64,000 bases of DNA from Octopus sinensis (taxonomy: Eukaryota). Of this stretch, positions 34,943-47,444 are shown in pieces (the first letter of the stretch is position 1; every line of letters begins with the position of its first letter). A program made the position numbers and the translations under genes. The notes under the pieces were generated by a model. The model searched no databases and was not told where the DNA came from. It saw only the letters and a program-made list of their open reading frames with translations. The DNA is taken from assembly GCF_006345805.1 (NCBI RefSeq), contig NC_042999.1, forward strand, positions 161,820,001 through 161,884,000. The letters are read 5' to 3'.

Positions 34943-36715
34943 TCATCATCATCATCATTGTTTAATGTCTGTTTTCCATGCTAGCATGAGTTTGGTTTGA
35001 CTGAGGTCTTGAGAGCCAGCAGCTGCACCAGGCTCCAATCTGATCTGGCAATATTTCTACAGCTGGATGCCATTCCTAATGCCAACCACTCATAGGGTGT
35101 AGTTGGTGCTTTCTATGTGCCACTGGCATGAGGGCCGGCCAGTCAGACAGGCCTGGCATTGATCATACTTGGATAGTGCTTTTTATGTGCCACTGGCATG
35201 GAGGCTAGTCAGGGGGTACTAGCATCGGCCACATTTGGTTGGTGCTTTTTACATGCCATCAGCGCTAGAGCCAGTCAGTGGGTACTGGCATCGGCCATGT
35301 ACAGATGATGCTTTTTATGTGCCACTGGCACGGGAGCCAGTCAGGCTGATTTGGCATCAACGGCATTTGGATGGTACTTTTTACGTGCCACTGGCACCAA
35401 AGCCAGTAAGTGGGTAGTGGTCACAGCTATGATATTGGTTTTACTTGACTCAACAGGTCTTCACAAACATATCATATCTCATATCACCTGATGCATCAGG
35501 AGTACTCTTAACTGGAACGGACATGCGTGACTGTGATCTCACTTTAGTTGCTGGGTCTTCTCAATCACAGCATATCACCAAAGGTCATGGTCTCCTGTCA
35601 TTGCCTCTGCGAGGCCCAATGTTCAAAAGTCATGCTTCACCACCTCATCCCATGTCTTCTTGGATCTACCACTTCCACAGGTTCCTTCCACAGTTAGGGA
35701 GTGACACTTCCTCACATAGCTGTCCTCGTCTATAAGTAACTCATGACCATACCAGAGCACTTGTCTTTCTTGCACACCATATTTGATGCTTCTTATGCCC
35801 AACTTTTCTCTCAGGGCACTTACACTCTGTCATGTATGCACACTAACATTCACTGCTATGTAGCATGGCTGTTCACACACATGCATCATACAGTCTACCT
35901 TTCATCCTGAGTGAGAGGCCCTTAGTAACTAGCAGAGGTGGGAGCCCCTTGAACCTTGCCTTGGCTATTCTTATTCTAGTCGCTACACTCTCAGAGCAAC
36001 CACTTCCACGACAGACCTGGTTGCCTAGGCAGCAGAAGCTATTAACCACTTCCAGTTTCTCCCCCTCCCCCAGCATGTGATGGAACCCAGTGTCTGCACA
36101 TCTTCAGTGTTTATTGCCCCTATGCATCTGCCACACACAAAAACCATCTTCCTGGTCAACCTTCTTTTGACATTGCTGCACCTTTCATGTGTCCATAGCT
36201 CACACCTGGTACATCGTATGAGCCTCCACACACGCCCCCTCTACAGATCAAGCAGGGCCATCTACCTGAAGTGGATAGTGGTTTGACAACCTTCCTACTT
36301 TTGCCAGGTTGACCCCGAGTTCTGGCAGTGACTCGGTTATTAGGGCAAGGCCACCAGCACAGAGGAACTCCCAAGGGCAGCCTGTCTTGAATTCTGTTAT
36401 TGCCTGGAGGACCATAATGAATAAGAGGACCGTTCCTTGGTGAACCCCCACTTCTACTCAGAATTCCACACCATACTCGTTGCCAACCCTCACCCTACTG
36501 ACAGCATCCCTGTACAGCTCCCACCAACCACTCATCCATCCCCAGTTTCCGCATTGACCACCTAATAAAGGATTGGGAGACCCTGTCAAAATCAACAAAA
36601 GCCAAGTACAGAGGTTCGTACTTGGCTAGATACTTCTCTGGCAGTTGCCTTACCAGAAATATAGCATCAGTGGTGCTTCTGCCTGACACAAAACCAAACT
36701 GCATTAAGTTGGTGA
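34943..36715 (-). mobile_element. Decayed RTE LINE (RT to 3' tail)
   Basis: MQFGFVSGRSTTDAIFLVRQL, GVHQG, CTRCELWTHERC, LEVVNSFCCLG, KGRLYDACV, hairpin-unit UTR and (cat)n tail. Confidence 0.9.
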
Positions 36716-37013
36716 CCATAAAGTGCTGCATTGATCGAAAGAGACAGTAGTCAGATGGAACAATATCTGGACTATAAGCTGGATGTGGCAGAACTTCAAC
36801 ACCATCCAATTCTTCAATCTTGTTGCTGGTCTTTCTGGTGGTGTGTGGCTTTGCATTGTCTTGTTGAAACAAAGTGCATTTTCAATGAACAAGTCTTGGG
36901 TACTTTTCAACCAGCATATCATAGACTCAATCAAGTTGCTTGCAGTAAAGTTCAGCTTTGATGATGTGACCATCCAGCACAAGTTTGGTGCACAAACTTT
37001 TTCCTCAACCCAA
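36716..37013 (-). mobile_element. Internally deleted mariner remnant (TIR joined to transposase C-terminal part)
   Basis: TIR-like ta-ttgggttgaggaaaaagtttg at 37013; FQQDNAKPH...VLPHPAYSPDIVPSDYCLF, with 35 residues between the last two Asp. Confidence 0.8.
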
Positions 37014-37618
37014 TATATTGAAAACATCAGGGCATCCAATGGTAAAACCCAATAGTATAAAATATACACATATATATGAATACAAAAGTGATGAAACCTA
37101 AAATGCTAATATGAGTGAAGTCGAGTGAAAAAAATGCATGGATTAAATTAATACATATTAAAAGTGACTAAAAATATAAAGCAATGAAACTAAAATAATA
37201 TAAATATAAATAAAGGATGAAGTGATAACCAGAAAAGAGTTGATCGATAGACAACCAGAAATGTGAGACTTTTTGAGAATATTCTCCTGACAAAAAGGTC
37301 ATTGCCTTTGGATTTCTTTATTAGTTTTTTGCATTAATAAAGTGTGGCAACATCTTTTGAAACAATCGTTGAGATGGATTTTGAATAGACTCTTTTCTGG
37401 TTATCGCTTTGTCCTTTATTTATATTTATTTTATTTTAGTTTGATTGCCTTATATTTTTAATCGCTTTTATTATGCATTAATTTAATCCATATATTTTTC
37501 TTCATTCAACTTCACTCATATCACCGTTTTAGGTTCAATCACCTTTTGTATTTGTATATATGTGTACATTTTATACTATGGGGTTTTTCCATTGAATGCC
37601 CTGATGTTTTTGATATAT
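37014..37618. repeat. Long inverted-repeat element (arms ~215 bp, spacer ~155 bp)
   Basis: aaaacatcagggcat...gataaccagaaaagagt (37021-37239) is inverted at about 37390-37612. Confidence 0.85.
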
Positions 37619-37782
37619 ATATTTATGTTCAATTTAGGATAATATGGGAATGTTATAAAGTTGTTTTGACCAACTGGAGCAGTTATTCATTATACCTTTC
37701 AATTTATTTTTCCTTTCATCTCAATATTACCTGAGCACTTCTGTCTGCAGTCCTATTTTTATTCTTCAGTGTAACGAAATTA

Positions 37783-37816
37783 CTTTTCAGTTTAATGATA
37801 TTATAAACTTATCTTC

Positions 37817-37852
<36 letters not shown>

Positions 37853-37977
37853 ACACACGATATATTCTGTATGCATCCGTCAAAGAAAAATATTAAACAT
37901 AGTTCGGTAAGCTCATGAAGAAGTTCTTAATATATAACCAAATACTCAGAATTGCATATCAACTAAAGGCTAGAACT
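37783..37977 (+). repeat. Copy 1 of a 195-bp local duplication
   Basis: Collinear, ~90% identical by eye to 40094-40287. Confidence 0.9.
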
Positions 37978-38200
37978 GAAACATATATGTAGGTTTTTTT
38001 CACATTTCCCATTTTCTTTTTGAGCTTTACAGCTTATAATTTATTTGTATTGTTATATTTAAAAAAAATTTCAACATCTTTATATGTTGTTCTCAGAAAT
38101 CGGACTTTGAAGATAATGTCTGCTATGGTTCCACTTGTTTGTTATAACTGCAAAACATATATACACACAGCACACATCATCATCATCGTATTCTTTCAAT

Positions 38201-38388
38201 TTGTTTCAGTCATTTGACTGCGGCCATGCTGGAGCACCGCCTTTAATCGAGCAACTCGACCCCGGGACTTATTCTTTTGTAAGCCCAGTACTTATTCTAT
38301 CGGTCTCTTTTGCCGAACCGCTAAGTGACGGGGACATAAACACACCAGCATCGGTTGTCAAGCAATGCTAGGGGGAGGACAAACACAG

Positions 38389-38451
<63 letters not shown>

Positions 38452-38506
38452 CATACATATATACGACGGGCTTCTTTTCAGTTTCCGTCTACCAAATCCA
38501 ATCACA
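38201..38506 (-). mobile_element. 5'-truncated type-A SINE
   Basis: 3' three-quarters of type A; the head is absent. Confidence 0.9.
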
Positions 38507-40093
38507 ATTAAATTATTTATACCATTTTTTTCCATTTACTTTCTTTCAATATTAATAATATGTATTGCTACAATAATCCCTAACACATCGCAGACACTTT
38601 CTCATTATATGATAGAGACTGACCAGTGGAATATGATAATGATGGTAGTATATTCATATATACTTACACGCACACACATATATGTATGTATGCATGCATG
38701 CATGAGAAGGAGAGAGTTGGGTTCCAAAGATGTCTTCAGATTGTTAAAGATGTTTCATTTCTGCATGGATATACAGTGAAAGACATTACTTCCCCACTTC
38801 AATTATTGATAATCCAAAGGCCACGTATAACTCAAATAATGTCTTTCACTGATGAGCTTTAACTTCATAGAAACATATGTCCAACAGTCCAATAACATCA
38901 CTCAAAGCCTAGCTTGATGTGGTCTTGCACACATAATATCTGTGCCAAAAATGCAATGTTTTGAGTGAGATGTCGTTCATCTGCATATCTCAGAGGAGAG
39001 TAACTTCAAATAACAATGGACTCAAATCATAATAAGGTATCCAACCTTTGTCAGCATGGAAAGCAGATGTAAAAATGAGGATAATAACTGATGTCAATAA
39101 AAAAAAACAATATATTTACATTTTCATCTCAGGCTCACTTGCTACGAGCATAATGTAAATGAAAGATGCTTCAAGATTCTTCTCAGCATCTTTTCCTAAT
39201 CATATAGTTATCCTACTTATGCCAAACTGGTTGGTACTTCTACTCCTTGTTATAAGCCATAATGGTCTTTCTTGTACATTTTACGTGTGAGAGTCTTGCT
39301 TCATACTTTTAGTTATAGTTCTTTTATCTTTGCTTCAATTGGTCATCATTGTTGATATTGTTTAGGCTCAAGTTCTTATCAAGAAACCCTATGATCAAAA
39401 TAGTCAAGCCATGATCAGCCTATTTTTTCTATCTTTTATGAATAGTGCATTCCAAACTACATTATTCAATGTGTACTTTAAAAAGGTAGGGTATGGTTTG
39501 GAGGAAATATGGCTGCTATTTCTAGCACACTGAATGACCACACAAGCTCTTTCATTTGCTTGTTACTGCTGTGGCTGTTATTGCATATCTCTGCCCAATC
39601 TTCTCTACCTCACTAAACATATGCATGGTGATAAATATTTTGAAACAACTATTCCACAAAAATTTTTTTTAATAATTTGCACATCCATCTTAAATTAGAT
39701 GTGTTGTCTAGATCCAATTTAAGTTGGATGTACTAATTATTATTCATTACAAATGCTGTTTCTATTGCTAATTCTTTCTTAATTATTCAAGAACTTTAAT
39801 GAGCAGTACTTAACAACAGCTTGGTAGCATTCTTAAAAATGAGATAAAGCTACACCTAAATATCTGATAACCAACCTGGCAGTTGGATGAACTGATGCGT
39901 GTAGAATTAAGTGTATTGATCAAATATGTAACAAAATACCTACACTGGATTAGGACTCAAGACCTACAGTTTGGCAGTTGAAGTATGCTGAAGCTATTGT
40001 TTTATCATCATCAAAACTCTTTTGCATGATTAGAGGTTCTTATAATGGCCCAATAAAGGTTGGCAAAATAGGCTTAAAAAGTTCCCATCATTA

Positions 40094-40124
40094 CTTTTCA
40101 GTTTAATATTATAAACTTATCTTC

Positions 40125-40160
<36 letters not shown>

Positions 40161-40287
40161 ATACACATGATATATTCTGTATGCATCCTTCAATGAAAAA
40201 TCTTAAACATAGTTCCGTAAGCTCATGAAGAAGTTCTTAATATATAACCAAATGCTCAGAATTGCCTATCAACTAAAAGTTAGAACT
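40094..40287 (+). repeat. Copy 2 of the 195-bp duplication, flanked by a 17-bp direct repeat
   Basis: aaaagttcccatcatta (40077-40093) / aaaagtttccatcatta (40288-40304). Confidence 0.88.
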
Positions 40288-40687
40288 AAAAGTTTCCATC
40301 ATTATTCCATATTAATTTATACTATACTAATATGTGGATCCAGTCACCAAATATAACTGCAGTTATTTGAATGTACATGTACATAAGAGGTTTTGTTTTA
40401 TAAATAGTTCATTCCTACATATCAGGAATCATATTAGTTGTGATTTTGTGGTGAGTTCTGATCTTTTCAAAGGGGGTCTTATCAGTTTGTAAATGACAAA
40501 AATCTGACATTTTCATGTAGATAATAATCAGGTGCTTGATAAGGAAGTTACAGTGTTGCCAGGCACACACAGAAAATTACTATGCCAACCAGTCAGATTG
40601 ATCATTCGATTTCCAACAAAAAGCTGCCAAATATCCTTCAGATCACAACCTGCCTTCATGAATAAGGAGACTGAACATTAGATAATA

Positions 40688-42240
40688 CTAACAGATATAC
40701 CCGGCGTTGCTTGGGATTAAAATGACATAGTTTGTATGTATATATATATATATATCATTTTTTTCATCATCACCATTTAGCATCCGCTTTCCGGTGATGA
40801 TGAAAAAAAATGATATATATATACATACAAACTATGTCATTTTAATCCCAAGCAATGCTGGGTATTAAAATGACATAGTTTGTATGTATATATATATATG
40901 GATAGTTATGTTGAAACGTGATACAGGAGATGACAAAACATTTGTGGAGTAAATGATGGGCTAATTTGACTAAGCAACATGTCATGCATCCATTTGGAGG
41001 ATTCCAGGCCCTAACCTATCATGGAAAATTGGAGTGGGGTGTGATTTTTGAATGTGTTGAATGCAATTGGCGCTGTGTCTAACACAACTTTATTGTATGG
41101 TTGACAGTTGAATGAATGTAAATGTAATGGAGGTATTGTGCGTAAATGGGTACATTCCGGAAAGGGACTGCATTGGGAGACTGCAATGGGGAAGTGAACT
41201 GTTGAATTGCTGGAGTGTTGCAGAAGGTGAAGAGTTTACTTTGGATTGCTGGTGTGGCTGTAGAATAATAAACACAAAGTGAGCCTATGCAGTCACATGA
41301 GAACATGTAGTAACGAAAAAATAAGGCGTAATGGCTTACCATGTTGTTGGTGGGAGTAATTGGAGAATATGCTTTGATATCGAAGTCCATGCAGGAAACT
41401 GCTTTGTTGGTGCAGTCTTTGGGTTTGTTGGTATTATGCTGGAATGGTATCTATCTTCACCATTCACAAAGAGTAGTGGATACTGGAGTACATCGTAGAA
41501 TGTAGTAATTTCTACAAAACATCTTGATAAACAACGTTCTTTGTTTTCCCTTGTAGAACAAATAGATTTTTTTGCTTCCCAATCTAGAGCAGCCAACATT
41601 TAATTGCTCGTGTGAGAAGCATGACTCTTTCAAGTGAAGTTCTGCCACAGACAGTATCTGACCCTGGGATTTATTGATAGACATTGCGAAGCTGATACGT
41701 ATAAGACATTGCACTCTTCTGAATGATAAAGGAATTTATGCTCCCAATGGAATGAGAGGAATTCTGGGTATAAAAACATCTCCTTTTCCTCACTCAAAGA
41801 GAATGGTAGCCTCAATAACATGTGGCATCATTTGTTTTTACCACTAGGCATGTCCCATTGCAGAGTGTTGGTGGATCCAAATTCCTCATAACATTACTGT
41901 AGTTCCAATCTGTGGAGGCTCCAATGAATTAAGAAATTTCTGTCAGATGATTTACCACCTCTTCTGGATCTGGGATTGTAACAACAGACTTATAGATGTG
42001 AGGACTTCTAGTAAGGTACTGCAGCAGCTACTCATTAATTTTATCTACAGTGCTGTTTTTTGGAGCCAGTATTGCTCTTTCCCACAGCAAACTGAGGTTG
42101 TGATAATTTTTTGACCAATGGATGTAAGGAAGACAATCAATTTCTGAAAGTTACTTTGCAAAGAGTTACCTCCCTTCTCCATGTAACCCAGGAATGGGTA
42201 TTTTCCGCTCCTAGAGGGCCTGTTACTCATTATGTGAAAA
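40688..42240 (-). mobile_element. Rearranged Helitron remnant (PIF1 helicase fragments; 3' end at 40688)
   Basis: ERAILAPKN, FLNSLEPP, RNLDPPTLCNGT, GKGDVFIPRIPLIP, SFAMSINKSQGQ, CFSHEQLNVGCSR, KTKNVVYQDVL*; YDVLQYPLLFVNGED; minus-strand 3' hairpin cccaagcaacgccggg followed by tatatctgttag|t. Confidence 0.87.
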
Positions 42241-42356
42241 ATTTAAGTGTCTAAAACTATCTTTGGAATATAAGTAATGTATGTTTCCAAGTTGGAGAAA
42301 TGAGTTGTGAACTTCAGAAGTTATCCAGGTTTACTCACACACACAACCACCTCACT

Positions 42357-42387
<31 letters not shown>

Positions 42388-42388
<1 letters not shown>

Positions 42389-44448
42389 ATCATCATCATT
42401 TAACGTCCGCTTTCCATGCTGGCATGGGTTGGAAGATTTGACTGAGGTCTGGCGAACCAGACTCTAATCTGATCTGGCAGAGTTTCTATAGCAGGATGCC
42501 CTTCCTAACACCAACCACTCCGAGAGTGTAGTGGGTGCTTTTACGTGCCATTGGCACAAAGGCCAGCTTGTTGCTCTGCCAATGATCTCACTCATGTGGT
42601 ACTCTTAGCGCTCCACTAGCAACGGATGCCAGTCACCGAATTTGATTTCGACTTCGATTTCACTTGCCTGAATAGGTCTTCGCAAGCAGAGTTTAGTGTC
42701 CAATGAAGAAAAGGCACGGATAAGTGGACTGGTTACACCCCTAGCATAGGCCACAAGGTTATGGTCACACTTGCGCTTGCCGAGTTTTCTGCAGCACAGC
42801 ATATTTTCAGAGGTCCTGGTCACTAGTCATTGCCTCGATGAGGCCCAATGTTTGAAGGTCATGCTTCATCACCTCATCCCAGGTCTTCCTGTTCCACAGG
42901 TTCCCTCAACTGCTAGGATGTGGCACTTTTTCACACAGCTATCCACATCCATTCTCGCCACATGACCATACCAGCGCAGTCATCTCTCTTGCACACCACA
43001 TCTGATGCTTCTTAGGTCCAACCTTTCTCTCAGGGCTCTAACACTCTGTCGAGTATGCACACTGACATTACTCATCCATCGCATGCTGGCTTCATTCCTT
43101 GCAAGCTTACACATATCCTCAGCAGTCACGGCCCATGTTTCACTGCCATGTAGCATGGTTGTTCGTACACATGCATCGTACAGTCTACCTTTTACTCTGA
43201 GCGAGAAGCCCTTTGTCACAGGCAGAAATAGGGCTCTCTGAACTTAGCCCAGGCTATTCTTATTCTAGCAGCTACACTTTCAGTGCACCCTCCCCCGCTA
43301 CTGACTTGGTCACCTAGGTAACGGAAGCTATCAACTACTTCTAGTTTTTCTCCCTGGAATGTGGTGGAAGTTGGTCTCAGAGCATTTTCAGTGTTTATTG
43401 CTCCTGAGCATCTGTCACATACGAAAACTATCTTCCAGTTAGCCTTCCTGTACCTCTTTTTGCTGTACCTCTTATGTGTCCATAGCTTACACTGGGTCCA
43501 TCTTATAGAATTTCTACCTACGCTTTTTCTACAGATCGAACAGGGCCATCTACCTGAAGGGATTTCTGGTTTGCCTGCCTTACTACTTATTAGGACTTTG
43601 GTTTTAGCTAGGTTGACTCTGAGGCCCTTCGATTCTAATCCTTGTTTCACCACCTGAAACTTCTCTAGTTCTGTTAGTGACTCAGCAATTAGAGCAAGGT
43701 CATCAACATATAGGAGCTCCCAGGGGCATCCTTTCTTGAATTCCTCTGTTATTGCCTGGAGGACTATGATAAATAGGAGGGGGCTGAGGACTGAACCTTG
43801 GTGGACCCCTACCTCTACCCTGAATTCTTCACTGTACTCGTTGCCAACCCTCACCTTACTGACAGTGTCCCTGTACATGGCTTGCACAGCTCTCACTAAC
43901 CATTCATCTATCCCTAGTTTCCTCATTGACCACCAGACAAGGGATCGAGGGACCCTGTTGAAGGCTTTCTCCATGTCAACGAAAGCCAGGTACAGGGGCT
44001 TATCTTTGGCTAGGTATTTCTCCCGCAGCTGTCTAACCAGAAATATAGCATCAGTGGTGCTTTTCCCTGGCACGAAACCAAACTGCATCTCATCCAAATT
44101 GACTCTCTCCCTAATTAGTTGGGCTATGACCCTCTCCGTGATCTTCATTACCTGATCAAAGAGCTTGATACCTCTGTAATTATTTGTATCTAAGGCATCA
44201 CCTTTTCCTTTGTAGCAGTTGACTATGGTGCTGCTACACCAGTCATTGGGTATGGCTCCCTCATGTATCACCTGGTTATTTATACTGGTGACCAGGCTAA
44301 TACCGACACTGCCAGATATTTTGAGCATCTCTGCAGTAATTCCTGATGGGCCGGGGGCTTTTCCTGTCTTCATACTCTTAATTGCTTTAACTACCAAGGT
44401 ACTGTCAACTCGGATAGCTGGTCCCTCTGTTGGGTCGACATTCGGCAG
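42388..44448 (-). mobile_element. Best-preserved RTE LINE copy, 5'-truncated, with complete 3' tail
   Basis: 393-aa open RT frame, further ORF remnants to ~42900, then UTR ending gcggacgttaaatgatgatgatg. Confidence 0.95.
43216..44397 (-). CDS. RTE reverse transcriptase domain (partial ORF, 393 aa)
   Basis: KAPGPSGITAEML, NYRGIKL, MQFGFVPGKSTTDAIF, FVDMEKAFNRVPR, GVHQGSVLSPLLF, LLYVDDL, NLAKTKV, Cys/His-rich insert, LEVVDSFRYLG. Confidence 0.92.
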   Translation of the reverse strand: MVVKAIKSMKTGKAPGPSGITAEMLKISGSVGISLVTSINNQVIHEGAIPNDWCSSTIVNCYKGKGDALDTNNYRGIKLFDQVMKITERVIAQLIRERVNLDEMQFGFVPGKSTTDAIFLVRQLREKYLAKDKPLYLAFVDMEKAFNRVPRSLVWWSMRKLGIDEWLVRAVQAMYRDTVSKVRVGNEYSEEFRVEVGVHQGSVLSPLLFIIVLQAITEEFKKGCPWELLYVDDLALIAESLTELEKFQVVKQGLESKGLRVNLAKTKVLISSKAGKPEIPSGRWPCSICRKSVGRNSIRWTQCKLWTHKRYSKKRYRKANWKIVFVCDRCSGAINTENALRPTSTTFQGEKLEVVDSFRYLGDQVSSGGGCTESVAARIRIAWAKFREPYFCL

Positions 44449-44451
44449 ATA

Positions 44452-44514
<63 letters not shown>

Positions 44515-44522
<8 letters not shown>

Positions 44523-44767
44523 ACCGACCAGACCATCAGATGTTGTTACACATCGCTGGTAATGACACCACCCCACTGGCTAAGCGAGCAGGCCAACAGA
44601 AGAAAGAGTGGTGAAAAAGTACAGCAGGGATCACCACCCCCTGCCGGAGCCTCGTGGAGCTTTTTGGTGTTTTCGCTCAATAAACACTCACAACGCCCGT
44701 CTGGGAATCCAAACCGCGATCCTATGACCACGAGTCCGCTGCCCTAACCACTGGCCATTGCGCCTCC
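44515..44767 (-). mobile_element. tRNA-derived SINE with type-D head but a different 3' module
   Basis: First ~150 nt match the SINE at 5308; the tail is instead ttggcctgctcgcttagccag...catctgatggtctggtcggtcacgtgat. Confidence 0.85.
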
Positions 44768-44772
44768 CATAT

Positions 44773-44824
<52 letters not shown>

Positions 44825-45645
44825 ATATAAAGTGCTACATAAAGACAAAATGGTCATAGCTGGAATGCTTTTGATCATAGAGCAATTCTATCATAATTAA
44901 CCTTGAGTTAAAGAAAACAACTACAACCAACCAACCTACCTACCTAGTTGTCCATATAGCCTCTTCTACATTATACTGAAAAGTTGAAAACAATTACACA
45001 GCAGCTTTTGTATCTGCTGCGTGATGAAGCCTGTATTTGTATTTTGTAACTTTTTAGAATAAATCAACCCCCTGTGATTACTTTCATAACTGGGAAGAAA
45101 AGTTTTTAATTGAAAATGTGTGATCTGTGGTGAAGGGCATAATTGTAAAGTATTTGTGTGGGTTCAGGTGATATTTGAGAAGCTGTAGTTGCTTAATCCT
45201 ACCTCAAAATTGATTGAGTAGCCCCACAATCAAAGGCATTCCATTTGTGACTATTCCATCTAATTTAAGTCTCCCTTATAACAGATCCTTCCCTTAAAAA
45301 AAATGGAGTGAGTTTCGAGAGAGATTTGAGCTATTTCTGGTAAGCCAAGCTCCCATATATAGGTTTCTTCTTTGGTAGAGATGGAGTAAAGATTCCAAGA
45401 GAAGATGAGGATGTTTCTGGTTAATCATATTTTTCCTTTCTTTTTTGTTTTAAATTAATCAAGTCAACACAATTTATTGTCATTGCATTTACAACAAAAA
45501 TTAGAAAGCGATAGAGAATAGATGTGATGTAGATAATGTTGTGATGTTGTAAGCTTCAGGTTATAAAATAACTTCTGTTATAGCACAGAGATGATAATAC
45601 TCTAAGACGTACTCATAAACCAGGCTAGGTTCAATATAAATCATC

Positions 45646-46030
45646 GTGTGGTAAGTAGCTTGCTAACCAACCACATGGTTCCAAGTTCAGTCCCACTGCG
45701 TGGCATCTTGGGCAAGTGTCTTCTGCTATAGCCCTGGGCCGACCAATGCCTTGTGAGTGGATTTGGTAGACAGAAACTGAAAGAAGCCCGTCGTATATAT
45801 ATGTATATATATATGTGTTTGTGTGTCTGTGTTTGTTCCCCTAGCATTGCTTGACAACCGATGCTGGTGTGTTTACGTCCCCGTCACTTAGCGGTTCGGC
45901 AAAAAAGACTGATAGAATATGTACTGGGCTTACAAAAGAATAAGTCCCGGGGTCGATTTGCTCGACTAAAGGCGGTGCTGCAGCATGGCCACAGTTAAAT
46001 GACTGAAACAAGTAAAAGAGTAAAAAGAGA
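45646..46030 (+). mobile_element. Type-A SINE (first ~15 nt missing)
   Basis: Match to type A, including tail gactgaaacaagtaaaagagt. Confidence 0.92.
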
Positions 46031-46384
46031 GAGTAAAATCCATTGATGGTCTGAGTGATAGAATACCAGCGATAAAGGGTATAATAACATTTTACTAACA
46101 CTACACTGTGTCTAAAACTAATTCACATAAAGCTTAACATCTTGGTCAACCTAGCTATAAATAGATACAACACAGGAGAATGATTCACTACTGTAAACAA
46201 AAGCAGAACTGCAAAACTGTTTTCTAACAAAATCTCAAATTTGGGGGAAGGGTACAATAAAATAAAGTATCAGTACTTGACTGGTACTTTATTTTATTGA
46301 CTCACGAAGAATGAAAGACAAAGTTGACTTCTATGGGATTTGAATTTTGAACATAATTTGTAAATTTCTTGTGGTAGGTTCAAG

Positions 46385-46745
46385 TCCTGACATAGAGTGT
46401 AGTGGGTGCTTTTACATGCCACCAGCCCGAGGGCCAGATTGATGGTACTGGCAACAGCCATATCCAAATGAGACCATAACCCGTGGCCTCTACCTGGGAT
46501 GTAGTCAGTCGACTTATGCATACCTTTCCTTCTTGGATACAAAACTCCACTTGTGAAGACCCGTTGAGGCAAGTGGAAATCAAATCAGAACCAAAATCGA
46601 AGTCGATCAACATCAATGGAAATTGCAGCTGTGATACCAGAGCCGGTGACACGTAAGCAAACCATCCGATCGTGGCCGTTGCCAGCGCCGCCCCGACTGG
46701 CCTCCGTGCCGGTGGCACGTAAAAAGCACCATCCGATCGTGGCCG
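46385..46745 (+). mobile_element. RTE 3' UTR fragment
   Basis: Matches the 15950-16075 region (aaccaaaatcgaagtcgatcaacatcaatggaaattgcagc) and one hairpin unit. Confidence 0.75.
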
Positions 46746-47444
46746 ATATGGAAGTACTACTTTAAATTCTATCATCAACAATCTTGAACACTAAACTGGA
46801 ATGGTGAAAGTACAGAGGAGGAGATCAACAGGTTTCAGTGAGAATGACACATTTTAAAGTGACCATAAAAATAAAAGTAATTTAATATATTTGTTGAAAG
46901 ATCTGTCACAGAAAAAAATTTAAATTATATCCTTTTCCCTATGCAATCACAACCATTTACAGCAACAACAACAACAACACATGACTGCTTTATGCTGTGC
47001 TTTTATAGACTAACCTCATTACACCACTCCTCACTAATAATGGACTTGATCTCACATTTATAAGTTCTGACATTCTGGTCTCCTGTAATGGATTAAAATT
47101 TGGCTGTTTTTATGTTGTGTGCCAGATTCTGTTTTGTAAAGTTTACGGCCAGAATTCTTCCAACTGAGAATTTCTATTCACAATTTTACAACAGAGTCAG
47201 AATTTGTTTAAATTTATTCAAATGACAGAATTTAATGTGAAATCTGAATGAGTTAAGTAGGAATTACTTGTACTACATCTATAACCCATGTACTATTAAA
47301 TTTGCAGATTCAGAGCCAGGGATTAACTCAAGTTTCTGTTGTAAATGAGAGATAAATCTCCTGAATAAGAGGTTAATCTACAGCAGATAATTTTTTCCTA
47401 TTTAAACTTTTGTCCTTTATTTCTAACATTCAGATGAACTGAGA

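Noticed and set aside
38849-38881. Second hammerhead-like string CTGATGA...GAAACATATGTC
   Set aside because: The core boxes and palindromic stem III are present, but stem II does not pair and no stem I forms; at best a decayed relic.
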